In this document: one piece after another, positions 25,167-37,805 of the stretch
Position numbering within the stretch: the stretch's first letter is position 1
How the letters are laid out: every line of letters starts with the position of its first letter
Assembly (NCBI GenBank): GCA_028534125.1
Contig: CM052817.1
Span: 18,726,001-18,790,000 of the forward strand
Length of the DNA stretch: 64,000 bases
Direction: 5' to 3'
Source of the DNA: Lama glama
Lineage: Eukaryota
The notes under the pieces: model-generated
The model's database searches: none
Seen by the model: only the letters and a program-made list of their open reading frames with translations
What the model was told of the DNA's origin: nothing
Position numbers and translations under genes: made by a program

Positions 25167-25896
25167 ATCATCTATCAGAGAATCTAGTCTTCTGTTTTTT
25201 TTATAAAAACGTTCACAAAATCAAATTACCTTTACATGCCAGAGTAATAATGATTTAATGATTTTGATCGTGCCGGCAGATGATTCTGAGGAGGCTTTGT
25301 AAATTCTGCAGGATCAACCTGAACGTTGTATGAAGCTTCCCAGTGGCTCTTATCTGGTATTAATGGCTTTGCTCCTTCCATAACAGTAAAATTAATGTAC
25401 ATAGTGAATCTCTAAGAGAATGGAACATTGAGACTACAGCTAAGTGAGGTTTAATGCTGTCAAGTAGAATAACATGATATAAAAGCAAAGCGTTTATAGT
25501 GTAATTAAAAATTAGCATTACTTTCCTGGTTATAGGTAATTGTTACTCCTTTGGAAGAACTGTTTAAAGCTGTTAGATTTTTTAAACAAAGTATGTTTGC
25601 AAATCTCCTTTTTGTGTCTTTTAACATTTTGTACTTCCAGTAAAGGAGCCATCCTTTTAAAATATGTACATTTTAGATCTAACAGTAATGTCTGTTTTGA
25701 TATCCACATAAACCTTATTTTTTCCTGTTGTTTTGTTTTCTTGGAGGAAACTAGTTTTTTTTTTTTTGAGTGAATTGAAGAATACTGCTTGAAAATAAAA
25801 CTGAAGCTTCATTATAAAAAACCTGTAATTGATATAATAATCTTTAAACTTTGTTCTTAGTTAAAGAAGTAGTGTAATTTCCAATATGCTTTATTG

Positions 25897-26209
25897 CAAT
25901 GCTACTCAAATGTTGGTGTGAAGCTTGTACTGACCTTGAAATTTTTACAGATTAGCAACAATAGAAGTACAGAAATTGAGAGTAAACATTGAGAAACTTT
26001 TATAGTCTTTGGACAGGTTAACATTGTCATTTCTACCAATAAAAATGGAGGGGTGTATTTTGAATTCTTTTCATTTTTATTTTATTTTGCAATCAATTAT
26101 TATCATAGTGGGGTTTTCCACAAAAGTATAAGTTTATGAAGGACTGAAAATTACAAACAAAACTTAAGAAAAAACATGAACTTTAACACATGGAGTATGA
26201 ACAGCACTG
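25897..26209. mobile_element. MER5C-like hAT-Charlie element
   Basis: caatgctactcaaa start, aagtacagaaattgagagtaa...gaaacttttatag body, agcactg end. Confidence 0.7.
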
Positions 26210-26214
26210 TTCTA

Positions 26215-26390
26215 TGGAATAGGAACAAGAGCTCTAGATATGAATCTGACAGGCCTGAATTTGACCCTGGCTCTGCCACTGAGAAGTTATTGAGATTTGG
26301 GGCAAATTACTTACAATCTCTGAACTTGTGTTCTCACCTTTGAAGTGACAATCAAAACAAAATATGAATTTTTTTTTTATAAAGCACATA
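26215..26390 (+). mobile_element. MIR SINE
   Basis: ccctggctctgccact...ttggggcaaattactta..tctctgaac. Confidence 0.75.
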
Positions 26391-26399
26391 GGGTCTTAA

Positions 26400-26598
26400 C
26401 TAAGGTATTTGAAACTCAGTACTATTGATACTTTGGGCTAAATAATTCTTTGCTTTTACCAGTTAACAAGGGCCTGGCCAGGACACTGTAGGATATTCAG
26501 CAGTGTCCCTGCTTTCTCCCACACTAGATGCCAGTAAGCACCCCTCACATCTTGACAATTGAAGATGGGTGAGGAGAGGGGTGAATTGAGAACCACTG
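26400..26598. mobile_element. MER20-like hAT-Charlie element
   Basis: actattgatactttgggctaaataattctttg...cactagatgccagta...ttgagaaccactg. Confidence 0.8.
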
Positions 26599-26819
26599 GG
26601 CTAATCTCACTGAAAAAGAAAAAATTTACATATGATTAACCAAACTCTTGTAGAAATCTTAAGAAGTGTAAACATCTTGATGAAGTCCAACACATTTAAC
26701 TCCAACACAGCATTTTTATTTCAGTGTTAATTAGATTGCATGTTTTCTTTCCTTAAAAATAACACTAACAACTGCATTTTAAAAAATTGAGTAGTGGATG
26801 AAAATTGATTTGTATTTAT

Positions 26820-26975
26820 AAGCATGTTATGCATATACATTTGCATACGTATGCATATATACATATTTATATGTATACACACACACCTAAAAGCATCCAC
26901 ATATATATTACTGTATATATAATATAATCACATGTAACCATATGCATTATGATGTCATGTAATATAATATGATTT
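26820..26975. repeat. Degenerate (TA/CA)n low-complexity tract
   Basis: Alternating purine-pyrimidine, AT-rich run. Confidence 0.7.
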
Positions 26976-27059
26976 GCAAAGGGAACAACAAATCTAATTT
27001 TCTAATCCCTTTTCAGTGTAGAGTTGTGGTGTCCAATACAGGAGTTACTGGACACATTT

Positions 27060-28690
27060 AAGGAAATTAAAGATGACTTAAAGAAATGGAATGATATCCC
27101 ATGCTCTTGGATTGGAAGAATTAATACAGTTAAAATGGCCATACTACCCAAGACAATCTATAGATTTAATGCTATCCCTATCAAATAACCTAGGGCAGTT
27201 TTCACAGAACTGGAACAAATAATCCTAAAATTTATATGGAATCACAAAAAAACCAGAATTGTCAAAGCAATACTAAAGAAAAAGAATGAAGCTGGAGGAA
27301 TAACCCTCCCAGACTTCAGACAATACTGCAAAGCTACAGTAATCAAAACAGCATGATATTGGCACAAAAACAGATCCATATGATCAGTGGATTAGAATAG
27401 AGAGCCCAGAAATGAATCCACACACTTATGGTCAATCAATCTTCAACAAAGGAAGTAGGAACATACAGTGGAGAAAAGACAGTCTCTTTGACAAGTGGTG
27501 TTGGGAAAACTGGACAGCCACAGTAGTAAATCAATGAAATTAGGACACTCTCTTAAAAACATTCACAAAAATAAACTCAAATGGCTTAAAGACTTAAACA
27601 TAAGACAACACACCATAAACCTCCTAGAAGAGAACATAGGCAAAACATTCTCTCATATAAATCATAGCAACATTCTCCCAGTAAGCTTTTGCACAGCAAA
27701 GGAAGCCATAAGCAAAACAAAAAGACAATCTACAGAATGGGAGAAAATATCTGCAAATGATGTGACTGACAAAGGCTTAATTTCCAGAATATATAAACAG
27801 TTCATACAACTTAATTAAAAAAAAAAAGTCTAATCCAAAGATGGGCAGAAGACCTAAATAAGCAATTCTCTAATGAAGACATACAGATAGCCAATAGGCA
27901 CATGAAAAAATGCTGAATATTGCTAATTATCAGAGAAATGCAAATCAAAACTATAATGAGGTATCACCTCACACCACTCAGAATGGTACTCATTAAAAAG
28001 TCCACAAACAATAAATGTTGGAGCAGGTGTGGAGAAAAGGGAACCCTCCTACACTGTTGGTGGGAAGGTACTTTAGTGCAGCAATTATGGAAAACAGTAT
28101 GGAGATTACTTAAAATACTGAAAATAGATTTACCCTATGATTCAGCAATCCCACTCCTGGGCATATATCCAGAGGAACTCTAAATTGAAAAGATACATGC
28201 ACCCCAGTGTTCCCTGCAGCACTATTTACAATAGCCAAGACAGGGAAAAAACCTAAATGTTCATTGGCAGATGACTGGATAAAGAAGTTGTGATATATAT
28301 GTATATACAATGGAATACTACTTAGCCATAAGAAATAATAAAATAATGCCATTTTGCAGCAACATGAATGGACATGGAGATCATCATACTAACTGAAATA
28401 AGCTAGAAAGAGAAAGAAAAATATGATGTGATATCACTTATATGTGGAATCCAAAAAAAAAGAAAAGGACACAAATAAACTTATTTACAAAACAGAGATG
28501 GACTCACAGACAGAAAACAAACTATGGTTACCAGGAGGGGAAGACAGTGGGAAGGGATAAATTGGGAGTTTGGAACTATATTCAATACCTTGTAATGGCT
28601 TATAAAGAAAAAGCATAGCATCTATGCTATATGTGAGAAATTAACACAATATTGTAAATCAACTGTACTTCAATTAAAAAAGGGAAAAAA
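27060..28690 (+). mobile_element. 5'-truncated LINE-1 (ORF2 3' part, 3' UTR, A tail), disrupted
   Basis: [22 protein letters not shown] at the start; [15 protein letters not shown] and [16 protein letters not shown] (27920-28183); stops, frameshifts and small deletions. Confidence 0.95.
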
Positions 28691-28807
28691 TGGACACCAG
28701 ATTTTGAAGACATAGTATGAAAAAGATAATGTAAATTATCTCAGTCATTTTTATATTAATTACATATTGACATGATGCCATCTGGGCAATTTTATTGAAT
28801 AAGATAT

Positions 28808-28869
28808 GTAACTGTACGTCTGCAACTAATATAATATTGTAAGTCAACTATACTTCAATTTTAAAAAAA
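28808..28869 (+). mobile_element. Very short L1 3' tail
   Basis: atattgtaagtcaactatacttcaatt plus A tail; flanked by aagatat / aagatct. Confidence 0.7.
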
Positions 28870-30491
28870 GATCTAGGATTGATTTGAACTCTTTCACTTT
28901 TCTTAATGTGACTGAAAATTTAAACTTATATACGGGGCTTGCATTTGTGTCTTAATATTTCTCTTGGACAGCACTGCTGTATGTCATATACTCTTTGGAA
29001 TGTTGGAACTTATCATCTATTGCACTTATATTGAAGTTTATCTTTTTTTTCTTAATTCTGTACAGTGATGTGTAATGAGTTCAAGGGAGTTAAAGGTATA
29101 AATGACAAGACTTTCAGGGTGAGATTTACATAAACCACTAAAGGCATGATGCATAGAAAATAATTAGATCAGTAAATATTTTGCTGTTATTATTACTATT
29201 GCTATTATTTAGTAAGGACTAGTTCTTCAATAAATGAAACAAAGGAAAGAAAGAGGAGGAAATATTTTCTGATTTTGAATTTATTTTACGGTACATGTTG
29301 ATAAGCCTGTTGGACATCTCTTTTGTTTCTAAATGAGATGATTCTGTATTCAGATCTGAAAACAGAATCCTTGAATCTACAGCGATGACTGTGCACATGT
29401 GTGCCTTTACCCTCGTCCCCCTGCCCCACAGACTGCATATGGAGCTGCTTGGTATATTTCTATTGCTTAACTAAAGAAAGAAATGAAAAACTAGAAAATT
29501 GATGACCTCTTCTGAATTTTTTTGATGTTTTCAAGCATTTTGTATTAATGGTTGATATTTACTTAAAAACTCAGTAGAAAGAATTTTTCAAGCCAAATGT
29601 GTGTATTAAAAAATTGATGAAGACATTTCTTTGCATGTTGAGCATATTGACTGAAATGATTATAAGGATATATGCAGACAGGGATAAGAATGGTTTTATT
29701 GTTTTTCTGAATTTCTTTTTAACTCTATGATTAAAAAGATCTACTAATAAAAACAAAAAAAATATTTTTCAACCAAGATGCTCTGTGAGAAAATTAAATG
29801 GATGTTAATGCCTTAAGCACTCATCATGTGTAATTAATTAGCTTCCTTCCTATGCATCTAAAATAGTGCAAGTTATGTAACCATTTTGGGGAATGGAAAA
29901 AAAATAGTAACTCCATCACTTTCTGTGTTACCATTTATTGCTCAGATGAGGAGCTTTGGATATGATCCTATAGGAGTTCTCTAGTTTTTCTGTATTTGAA
30001 TATTTGTCTTTCTTTATGTAATCAAGCTTGAAGAGATAAGCCTGTTAAAATTACCGAGAACCAAAGACAATGCGATTGCTTGGTTTATTAATCAGAAAAA
30101 AACGAACACACCATTCTAATTGTAATTACTATCAAATCAATCCCCAAAGTCAGAAACAAAAGCCAAACATTCAAAAAAATAAAAGGTGAAAACAGTACAT
30201 ATGCTAAGAAGATGAAAGGCAAGGCAGCCGATATCAGAAGTATTTAGAAGCATAAAACTGAGGTTGCAAGGAAGAAATGGAATTTGAGTGAACAGCAAAA
30301 ATGCCAAAATACAGTAACAGTAGAAAGCAGAGATGATCTCTGGAGGATATTTAAAATTCCACATTAACACTTACAGTAACTCCGTGCATGAATAAAATAC
30401 CATAGCCTATGGGGACAATTAGTGTAAAGGCAAGCTGAGTTTGGCTCTTCTAGGCTCTCTAAAGGTAGTATTTTGCTATCAGTGGTGTCAC

Positions 30492-30991
30492 NNNNNNNNN
30501 NNNNNNNNNNNNNNNNNNNNNNNNNNNNNNNNNNNNNNNNNNNNNNNNNNNNNNNNNNNNNNNNNNNNNNNNNNNNNNNNNNNNNNNNNNNNNNNNNNNN
30601 NNNNNNNNNNNNNNNNNNNNNNNNNNNNNNNNNNNNNNNNNNNNNNNNNNNNNNNNNNNNNNNNNNNNNNNNNNNNNNNNNNNNNNNNNNNNNNNNNNNN
30701 NNNNNNNNNNNNNNNNNNNNNNNNNNNNNNNNNNNNNNNNNNNNNNNNNNNNNNNNNNNNNNNNNNNNNNNNNNNNNNNNNNNNNNNNNNNNNNNNNNNN
30801 NNNNNNNNNNNNNNNNNNNNNNNNNNNNNNNNNNNNNNNNNNNNNNNNNNNNNNNNNNNNNNNNNNNNNNNNNNNNNNNNNNNNNNNNNNNNNNNNNNNN
30901 NNNNNNNNNNNNNNNNNNNNNNNNNNNNNNNNNNNNNNNNNNNNNNNNNNNNNNNNNNNNNNNNNNNNNNNNNNNNNNNNNNNNNNNNNNN
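30492..30991. other. Assembly gap (500 N)
   Basis: N run; the round length suggests a placeholder size. Confidence 0.99.
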
Positions 30992-31190
30992 TATATATAA
31001 AATAGATATAAACAAGTTTCTACTTGTTTATCTATTGTTCCCTGCACGAGGAACAATACTCAATACCTTGTAATGGCCTATAATGAAAAAGAATATTTAA
31101 AGGAATATATATATGTATAAATGAATCACTATGCTGTGTACCAGAAATACAACATTGTAAATTGACTATAGCTCAATTGAAAATAAAGAA
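30992..31190 (+). mobile_element. LINE-1 3' UTR end abutting the gap
   Basis: caataccttgtaatggcctataatgaaaaag...cattgtaaattgactata, similar to 28580-28675. Confidence 0.85.
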
Positions 31191-31204
31191 CCATTGCAGA
31201 AAAA

Positions 31205-32147
31205 ACCAAAGACATACAGATAGCAAAAGGTGAAAATGTGCTCCACATCATACACTATTAGGAAAATGCAAATGAAAACAACAACTAGATGTCACTACAC
31301 ACCTGTTAGAATGGCCAAATTTCACAACACTGACAACACCAAATGCTGGGTAGGATGTGGAACGATGGGAACTCTTGTTCATTCCTGGTGGGAATGAAAA
31401 TGGTATACCACTCTGGAAGACAGTTTGGCAGTTTCTCGCAAAATTGAACATTCTCTTGCCATATGATCCAGCAAACACACTCTGGTATTTACCCAAAGGA
31501 GTTGAAAAGTTATGTTCTTACAAAAATCTGCATACAAATGTTTATAGCAGCTCTGTTTATAATTGCCCAAACTTGGAAGCAACCAAGATGCCCATCAAGA
31601 GGTGAATAGATAAATAATTGGTAGTACATCCAGAAAATGCAGTATTATTCAGAAAGTAAAAAGAAATGAGCCGTCAAACTGTGAAAAGACATGCAGTAGC
31701 CTTAAATGCGTATTACTAATTGAAATACACAATTCTGAATAGGCTGATTCCAAGTATATGACCTTCTGGAAAAGGTAAGACTATGGAGATAGTAAAAAGA
31801 TCAGTGGTTGCCAGGGGTTTGGAGGGGACTGAAATGAGTAAGTCGATCACAGAGGTTTTTTAGGGTAAAAAATTATTCTGTATGATACAATAATGATGGA
31901 TACAAAGCATTACAGATTTGTTAAAATCCATGAGATGTACAACACCAAGAGTGAACCCTAATATAAACTATGGACTTTGAGTGATTGTGATGTGTCCGTA
32001 TAGGTTCATCAGTTGTAACGAATGTACTACTGTGGTGAGGGATGTTGATAGTGGGGGAAGGGCTGGGCATATATGGGAAGTCTCTGTACTTTCCTTTCAA
32101 TTTTGCTGTACATGTAAAACTGCTCCAAAAATAGTCTTTAAAAAATA
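31205..32147 (+). mobile_element. L1MC1-like LINE-1 3' end
   Basis: PLWKTVWQFLAKLNILLPYDPA ORF2 relic; 3' UTR caccaagagtgaaccctaatataaactatggact. Confidence 0.9.
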
Positions 32148-32149
32148 TG

Positions 32150-33420
32150 TAAGCAGAAACCAGAGGTAGTAGGATCTTATAAGCCAGGATCAGGGTCTTC
32201 ATTATTTTTCTAAATGTGAAAAAGTCTTTGGAGGACTATGAACACAAATATGGTAAAACTAGTGTTAAGAATAGAGAGAAAGGGAAAGACTGGAAGGGAG
32301 AGGAACTATTTAGAAAGTTGTGACATATATCCAACTGACTGATGATGCTTATTTGGTTAAGGTGGTTTTGAGAGAAGTAGGAAGTAGTTGGTAACTCATG
32401 AACTGGCTAAAGGGATAAAGAAAGGAATCAAGGATACCTTATAAATTCTTGGTTTGTGAACAACTACATGAGTGTCATTTACAGTATTGAGATGAGGGGA
32501 ATTTTGGAAGAGCCAGGGAATCATGGGTGGTTTAGGACGGGTTAAGTTCAATAGTCCCAATGGAGTTGTTGGAGAGAAAGCTGTACATACAGATCAGACC
32601 CAGGGGAAACGTGTGGGCTTGAGATAAAAACTGGGAATTTTCAGCATAGAGACATATTTAATACCATTGGGCTGGATGAGATCTTTTAGATGTAGATAGG
32701 GAAGAGAAAAACAAAAAAATTAAAATATACTCTAATATTTAAAGACCAGGGAAGAAAGGCAAGCTAGTAGAGATTATCACCTATATTGAAATAGATTAGG
32801 AAAACATGCCATCCTCAGTGTCTAGTAAATTTTGTGATTCAAAAAGGAAGAGGAATCAACTGAATCAAACTTTGATGAGAAGGTTTGAGACCAGATAATT
32901 GACCATTGGATCTGTCAAGTCAGAAGTTGCTTTAGATCTTGACAAGAACATTTTTAGAGGTTTCATGGGGATAAAAGTCTAAATAAAGAGGGTTGAAGAC
33001 ACCATACAGAGGAGGAAGTAGACAACACAGTAGTTGATAACTTTGGTTCAATAACTGAGTTGAAAGGGATCAAGGGAAATTTCATTTTAATAACAAAAAA
33101 AATGGAGCAAACCTGAATTATGAGAGGAGAGGAAATTGATTATGTAGGAGAAGAGAGTATATGACTATATTTGAAAAATCTTAATATTGCAAAACAGGGA
33201 AGAAATGTAGAGCACTATTGGTGGGTTTGACCTTACATAATAATAGGGACAATTCATCAATGCAAGAGTCAGAAGCCAGAGTATGTAGGAACAGATGGAA
33301 GCAGCCCTATGTTTTCTCAGTGGAGAGTCAGAGACAGAGGATGGTGTTGATAGTTTGAGAAAAAAGTAGAAAATGTGAAGTTTTCCTTTCTGAGAATGAG
33401 AGAGCAAACTTGCTGAAACA
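32150..33420 (-). mobile_element. L2 LINE, long decayed fragment
   Basis: Purine-rich antisense L2 motifs (aaggaatcaaggat, ggctggatgagatc, ttgaccattggatctg, cttgacaaga). Confidence 0.7.
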
Positions 33421-33519
33421 GTACAAGAACCTTAGGGGATTCTGAGGGCTCAGCTGATACTTGGACTTACAAACATATGTTAAGTGTTATTTGAAGTGGT
33501 AACTTATTTCCATGGGTCC

Positions 33520-33770
33520 ATGAAGTTGAACTAGAAGCTTGTAGTTTCAGATGCCTGACTTTGGCTTTCTGTCAAATTTAAAGAAAATGTTCGTCATTTA
33601 TTTTAAAAAATGATTTGACCTGGAGAAAAATATTTATCTTCTCCATGCTTCATCTGAATACTAGCGATCACCTATCTTACAGGGTAGTTGTGAGAATTAA
33701 GTGATATAAAACATTAAGCACAGTATCTGGCAATAGTAAGCATACGTCCATTGTAAATTACTGTTCTTGG
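33520..33770 (+). mobile_element. MIR SINE
   Basis: acctatcttacagggtagttgtgagaattaa...gcacagtatctggca. Confidence 0.7.
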
Positions 33771-34131
33771 TATTGTTTCTGCTATAAAAGCATCAATAAC
33801 CAGCTACCTCCTGTGGACCAGGTACTTGAGATTCAATGAGGGTATAGTTGTTAGGGATGCAACTGACATTAATAAACAGAAAAGTTGCTTCTGATGTTTC
33901 AACCAGAGAGAAGTTTATTTTTCTAATGAAAATGATGATAGTTAAGGGCTGGATCAACTGTGCAAGGTTGCATCTTTTCTGTTACCATCTTTGCATATGG
34001 CTATTGTCCTTGGAGATGCAAGATGGCTACAATCTATACAGACTTTACGTCAAAGTTCCAAGTAAGACGGTGAGGGAAACAAAGTATATATGGCTAACGT
34101 GGTGGTGGTTGAGAGGTTGTGTGTTGTCCGG

Positions 34132-34132
<1 letters not shown>

Positions 34133-34166
<34 letters not shown>
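34133..34166. repeat. (TG)17 microsatellite
   Basis: Perfect dinucleotide run. Confidence 0.97.
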
Positions 34167-34170
<4 letters not shown>

Positions 34171-34479
34171 GATTAGGTAAAGCAATAGCTTTCCTGAAAG
34201 AACCAAGTTGTTGACTTTCTCTTTCTTTTCATTGACTTAAACTTCACAAGATACAAGGTAGCCTACTGAGATATTTTATCAGGGTAGATTGTACCCTGAA
34301 TAAAATTGGGGTTCTCTTTTTAAAGACACAGAGAATGCATATTTGTTAGGTAGCCTACCACAGAGGGTAAAGACGAGTTATTTTCCCCGGAACAGTTCAT
34401 TGTTTAGAGAGGAGACAAACACATAAGCCTGTATTCACACATAGGAATGTGCACAGAGCCAGACAGAGAACAAAAATGA

Positions 34480-34935
34480 CTGCAGTGGACTGGATGGCAA
34501 ATCACAGACCACATGTCACAACTAATGATGGCAAGAATTACCTGGCTCTAATAGAATGATGTCATAAGGTCTGTGGACTCAGTGTGCTTAGTTCTTTCAA
34601 CAGAAGCCCAAATCTGGATTTTATGTTAATTCTTCCTCTTTTAAAAATCATAAACTAAATTTTTTTCTAAGTTTTAATTTTTTTTTACATTTTTGATTGA
34701 TTCATAATCATTTTACAGTATTGTGTCAAATTCCAGTGTTCAGCACAATTTTTCAGTCATTCATGGACATATACACACTCATTGTCACATTTTTTTCTCT
34801 GTGATTTATCATAACATTCTGTGTATATTTCCCTGTGCTATACAGTGTAATCTTGTTTTTTTTAATATGCAGGCCAAACAAGAAAATATCTATGGCTCGG
34901 ATCCAATACAGTTCATCACTGACTTGTACATTTTG
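34480..34935. mobile_element. MER103C-like hAT element interrupted by an L1 tail
   Basis: agaagcccaaatctggattttatgt and gcaggccaaacaa...ggatcc on either side of the L1. Confidence 0.6.
34670..34860 (-). mobile_element. Young LINE-1 3' UTR fragment
   Basis: Clearly similar to 13303-13480 (ttgtgtcaa.ttccagtgt, cattgtcacatt, tatttccctgtgctatacagt). Confidence 0.9.
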
Positions 34936-35059
34936 ATATCTCAAATTATGATAAAGGCTTCAACAGGAGTACCTGCAACATGCAGTGGGAGCCTCATAGA
35001 CAAAGGAACTCAAAGTGAAGGACTTTCTGCTTCCCTTAACATTGCTTGAGGTGCAGTAT

Positions 35060-35245
35060 ACTGCGGCGTCATAGATCTTTACAATGGAAGGGACATAAGT
35101 AATCATCGAATTCAACCCCTTTGTTTTATACATGAAGAAGTTGAGTCCGAGAGAAATAAAGAAGTTACTTGCAAGTCTACAGAACAAAGCTCTAGAATCC
35201 AGGTCTCCTGTTTCCTAGGCCGGGGCTGTTCCTACCCCACATGCA
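35060..35245 (-). mobile_element. MIR SINE
   Basis: ttttatacatgaagaagttgagtccgagag...ctagaatccaggtctcctg. Confidence 0.7.
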
Positions 35246-37679
35246 TCTTCATACAAGTCAGACAGAGGAGCGAGTTGGAACTGACAAGGCGATTGACCTA
35301 GTCCACTGGGCTTGTGAAGCAGAAATAATAGATAATGTTTTAAACACTCCTGTCAATTCGCCATGGTGATAATGCCAGGGAAGAAGAAGAGTTTCTAGAG
35401 ATTGTGAAAATAACTCAGTTGAAGGCTATTTCACAGCCTTTGAGTCAATAATTAATTCTGCCAACAGGTAGCTGTGTTATCCTTCTCTGAAGGTCATGCA
35501 GTTGCTCATCTTCTATTAAGATTTTGTAAGAAAGAAGCAAATGAGCCCAAGTAAGCTCACACCAAGGACTTTTTAAATATAGTTGAGCATTTACACTGGT
35601 TTCTTTCCAGACGATCCTATTTCTGACTGAATCTGTATCTGAATCTGTAAAAAATGCAATATTAGAAGTCTTTAAATCATTGAAAACATTTTTTTTAAAT
35701 CTCAATTTTCCCAGGATCCACTATTAACATAGGATAAATTAAGCTTATTGGACTTCCTTAAGCAAGGAAGGCTGCAGTAGATTTTGAAAATATTTTCATC
35801 AGAATGTCTTTCATTTAGAAAATAATCAATTAGTTGCTTTCAGAAATTCAGTATAAAAAAGGATCAAGTCAGAATACCTAATTTTTAGAATATTCCAGGC
35901 TACTATTATTATTTGTAGCTTCCTGAGTAACTAACCCATTAGGCCTCAGTGATGAAAAATGTAGTTCTGTGCTTTTTTTTTTTAACATGACAAGTTTGCC
36001 CTTAAAAATATTCAGGATTTTCAGAAACAAAAAAGATGGCGCATACCTGGCAATTAGTTAAATAGATCCTTGTCTACTTAAGCTGAAGGGTTCTTCACTT
36101 CCCAATTCCAAACTCAGTTGGAGCCTGTGCTCTTTCTGATTTTCAGTTTGTTTATTTAGTTCATCTCTTTTCAACCTTTTTCTTTACATGACACTAATGC
36201 TGGTGTCATTCGAGAGTTCATTTGGTTTTTCCCTCGGTAAGTCTCCCGATTTGTGCTAAGCTCAGCACCACCTAACCAGTCCTAGGCAGATATATATCTA
36301 GCTGCTGTGTGTGTATTTTTTTTTAAGCTCTTCAGGGAAGAAGACTCCATAAACTCCCTTGGTAACCAATTCTAGTGTTTAATGGAACCTGTCCATTCAT
36401 CTATAATAATATTTGTAATTATACAGCACATTTCTTCTGAGTAGCTCTTGGCACTTTAAAATGGTATTTCAATCCCCAAGACACTCCTAGAAGTAGGTGG
36501 TAAGCTTCATTATGCTCCTAGAGGGCACAAACAATGTCTTATGTGTTATATTCAGTGCACGGGACACTGGGAAGACTTTAGAAATATTTAATAATCAGAA
36601 TAGCAATTTTACAGATGGACGAATTGAGAGAAAGTGAATTTAACTTCTCTCCCCAGTGCCCACAATGGAGGAAAAAACTGAAAATTTCTGACTCACACTC
36701 TGACAGCTGCGATATTATTCTGTAAGCTTCTGCTGGATTTTTCGCTGCTTTGATTAGAAATCAGATACCTTTATGGATCTTAAAAAAGCAAATACTCCTG
36801 TCCGGGCAACTTACACAAATGTGATATTATTCAGTGCATTATTATGAGTTTAAATATCCTGGAGACCAATAAACTGTGAATGAGATAAATTTCATCATTA
36901 TAACTTATCATTTTGGTGTCCCTTTTCTCAAGGGAACTCCCAGCTACATCTGGTTCCCCATTACATACTCCATACTGCATATTAGGCAAGCTGTCTCTAA
37001 ATAGAGTGCTGAAACTTTCAAACTTTCACCAATTAAAATATTCCTGATTTGTGCCTTATGTCATTTGGGTCCTAGTGAGTCTCCCTAATGCTATTAAATA
37101 AATGCATTAGAAATTCCCAGTATGTCTTGGATCATGCGATCCATTTGCATTTTAACAGGGACCTTTTGAGAGCATAGTCCTTAAGCCCAAAGAGCAAAAG
37201 AAGAACTTTCAGGAAAAATGTCATGGGTCAGTGGGAAGAAATATTTGGGGGCAGCTAATTTCCTTAGGGCCACATGAGTTATATTGTGTAGATTGTTATC
37301 TGTTTCGTCTTTCAGTAGAAACAGTCATGGACAGCTGTATTCATTTCTCTGGAAGACTAAGTTTTCATTAGAGATTAAGTTTCACTGCATTACCAAAATC
37401 AGTAAAATGGAAGCCTTGTTGTGCGTAAAAGAATTAGTGGGTCTAAATTAGATATTCTGTGGGACTTGGGTGACTCAAATCATGTGACTGGTAAGCCAGC
37501 TGATTGCTAATTTTTTACACATGGATATGTTTTCAAAAGCAGGTGTTCTAAGAGGATTCTGAGAATCAGTCTGAATCTGGGATATTCATAATTAACCTGA
37601 TTTTCCTCAACTGTTTGAAAATTTAAGCTTAAATCTGACTGGCTTGCAGGTGAGTGAATGTATTTAGAAGAAATAAAAA

Positions 37680-37805
37680 TAGAGGGGGCAGAAAGAGAGA
37701 GAAGGGCAGAGTATGTTTGTGTGCCAGTATGTGTGTGAGTAGGGGAGAAAGACAGAGACAGAACAGAGAGAACAAAGAGAAGAGGGGTAGAGAGAGAGAG
37801 AGAAA
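37680..37805. repeat. Degenerate (AG)n-rich repeat
   Basis: GA-rich tract ending in (AG)7. Confidence 0.75.

Larger units (their letters stand above)
27024..28976 (-). mobile_element. MER33-like hAT-Charlie element split by L1 insertions (pieces about 27024-27058, 28687-28807, 28870-28976)
   Basis: Termini tgtccaata... and ...ttggacagcactg; internal cagattttgaagacatagtatgaaaaa. Confidence 0.75.

Noticed and set aside
30364..31073. ORFs of 175-230 aa spanning the N run
   Set aside because: Artefacts of translating the assembly gap.
36147..36236. Plus-strand exon candidate (tttcag|...TCG|gtaagt)
   Set aside because: The body is very T-rich and intron-like, and the single open frame gives no recognisable peptide.
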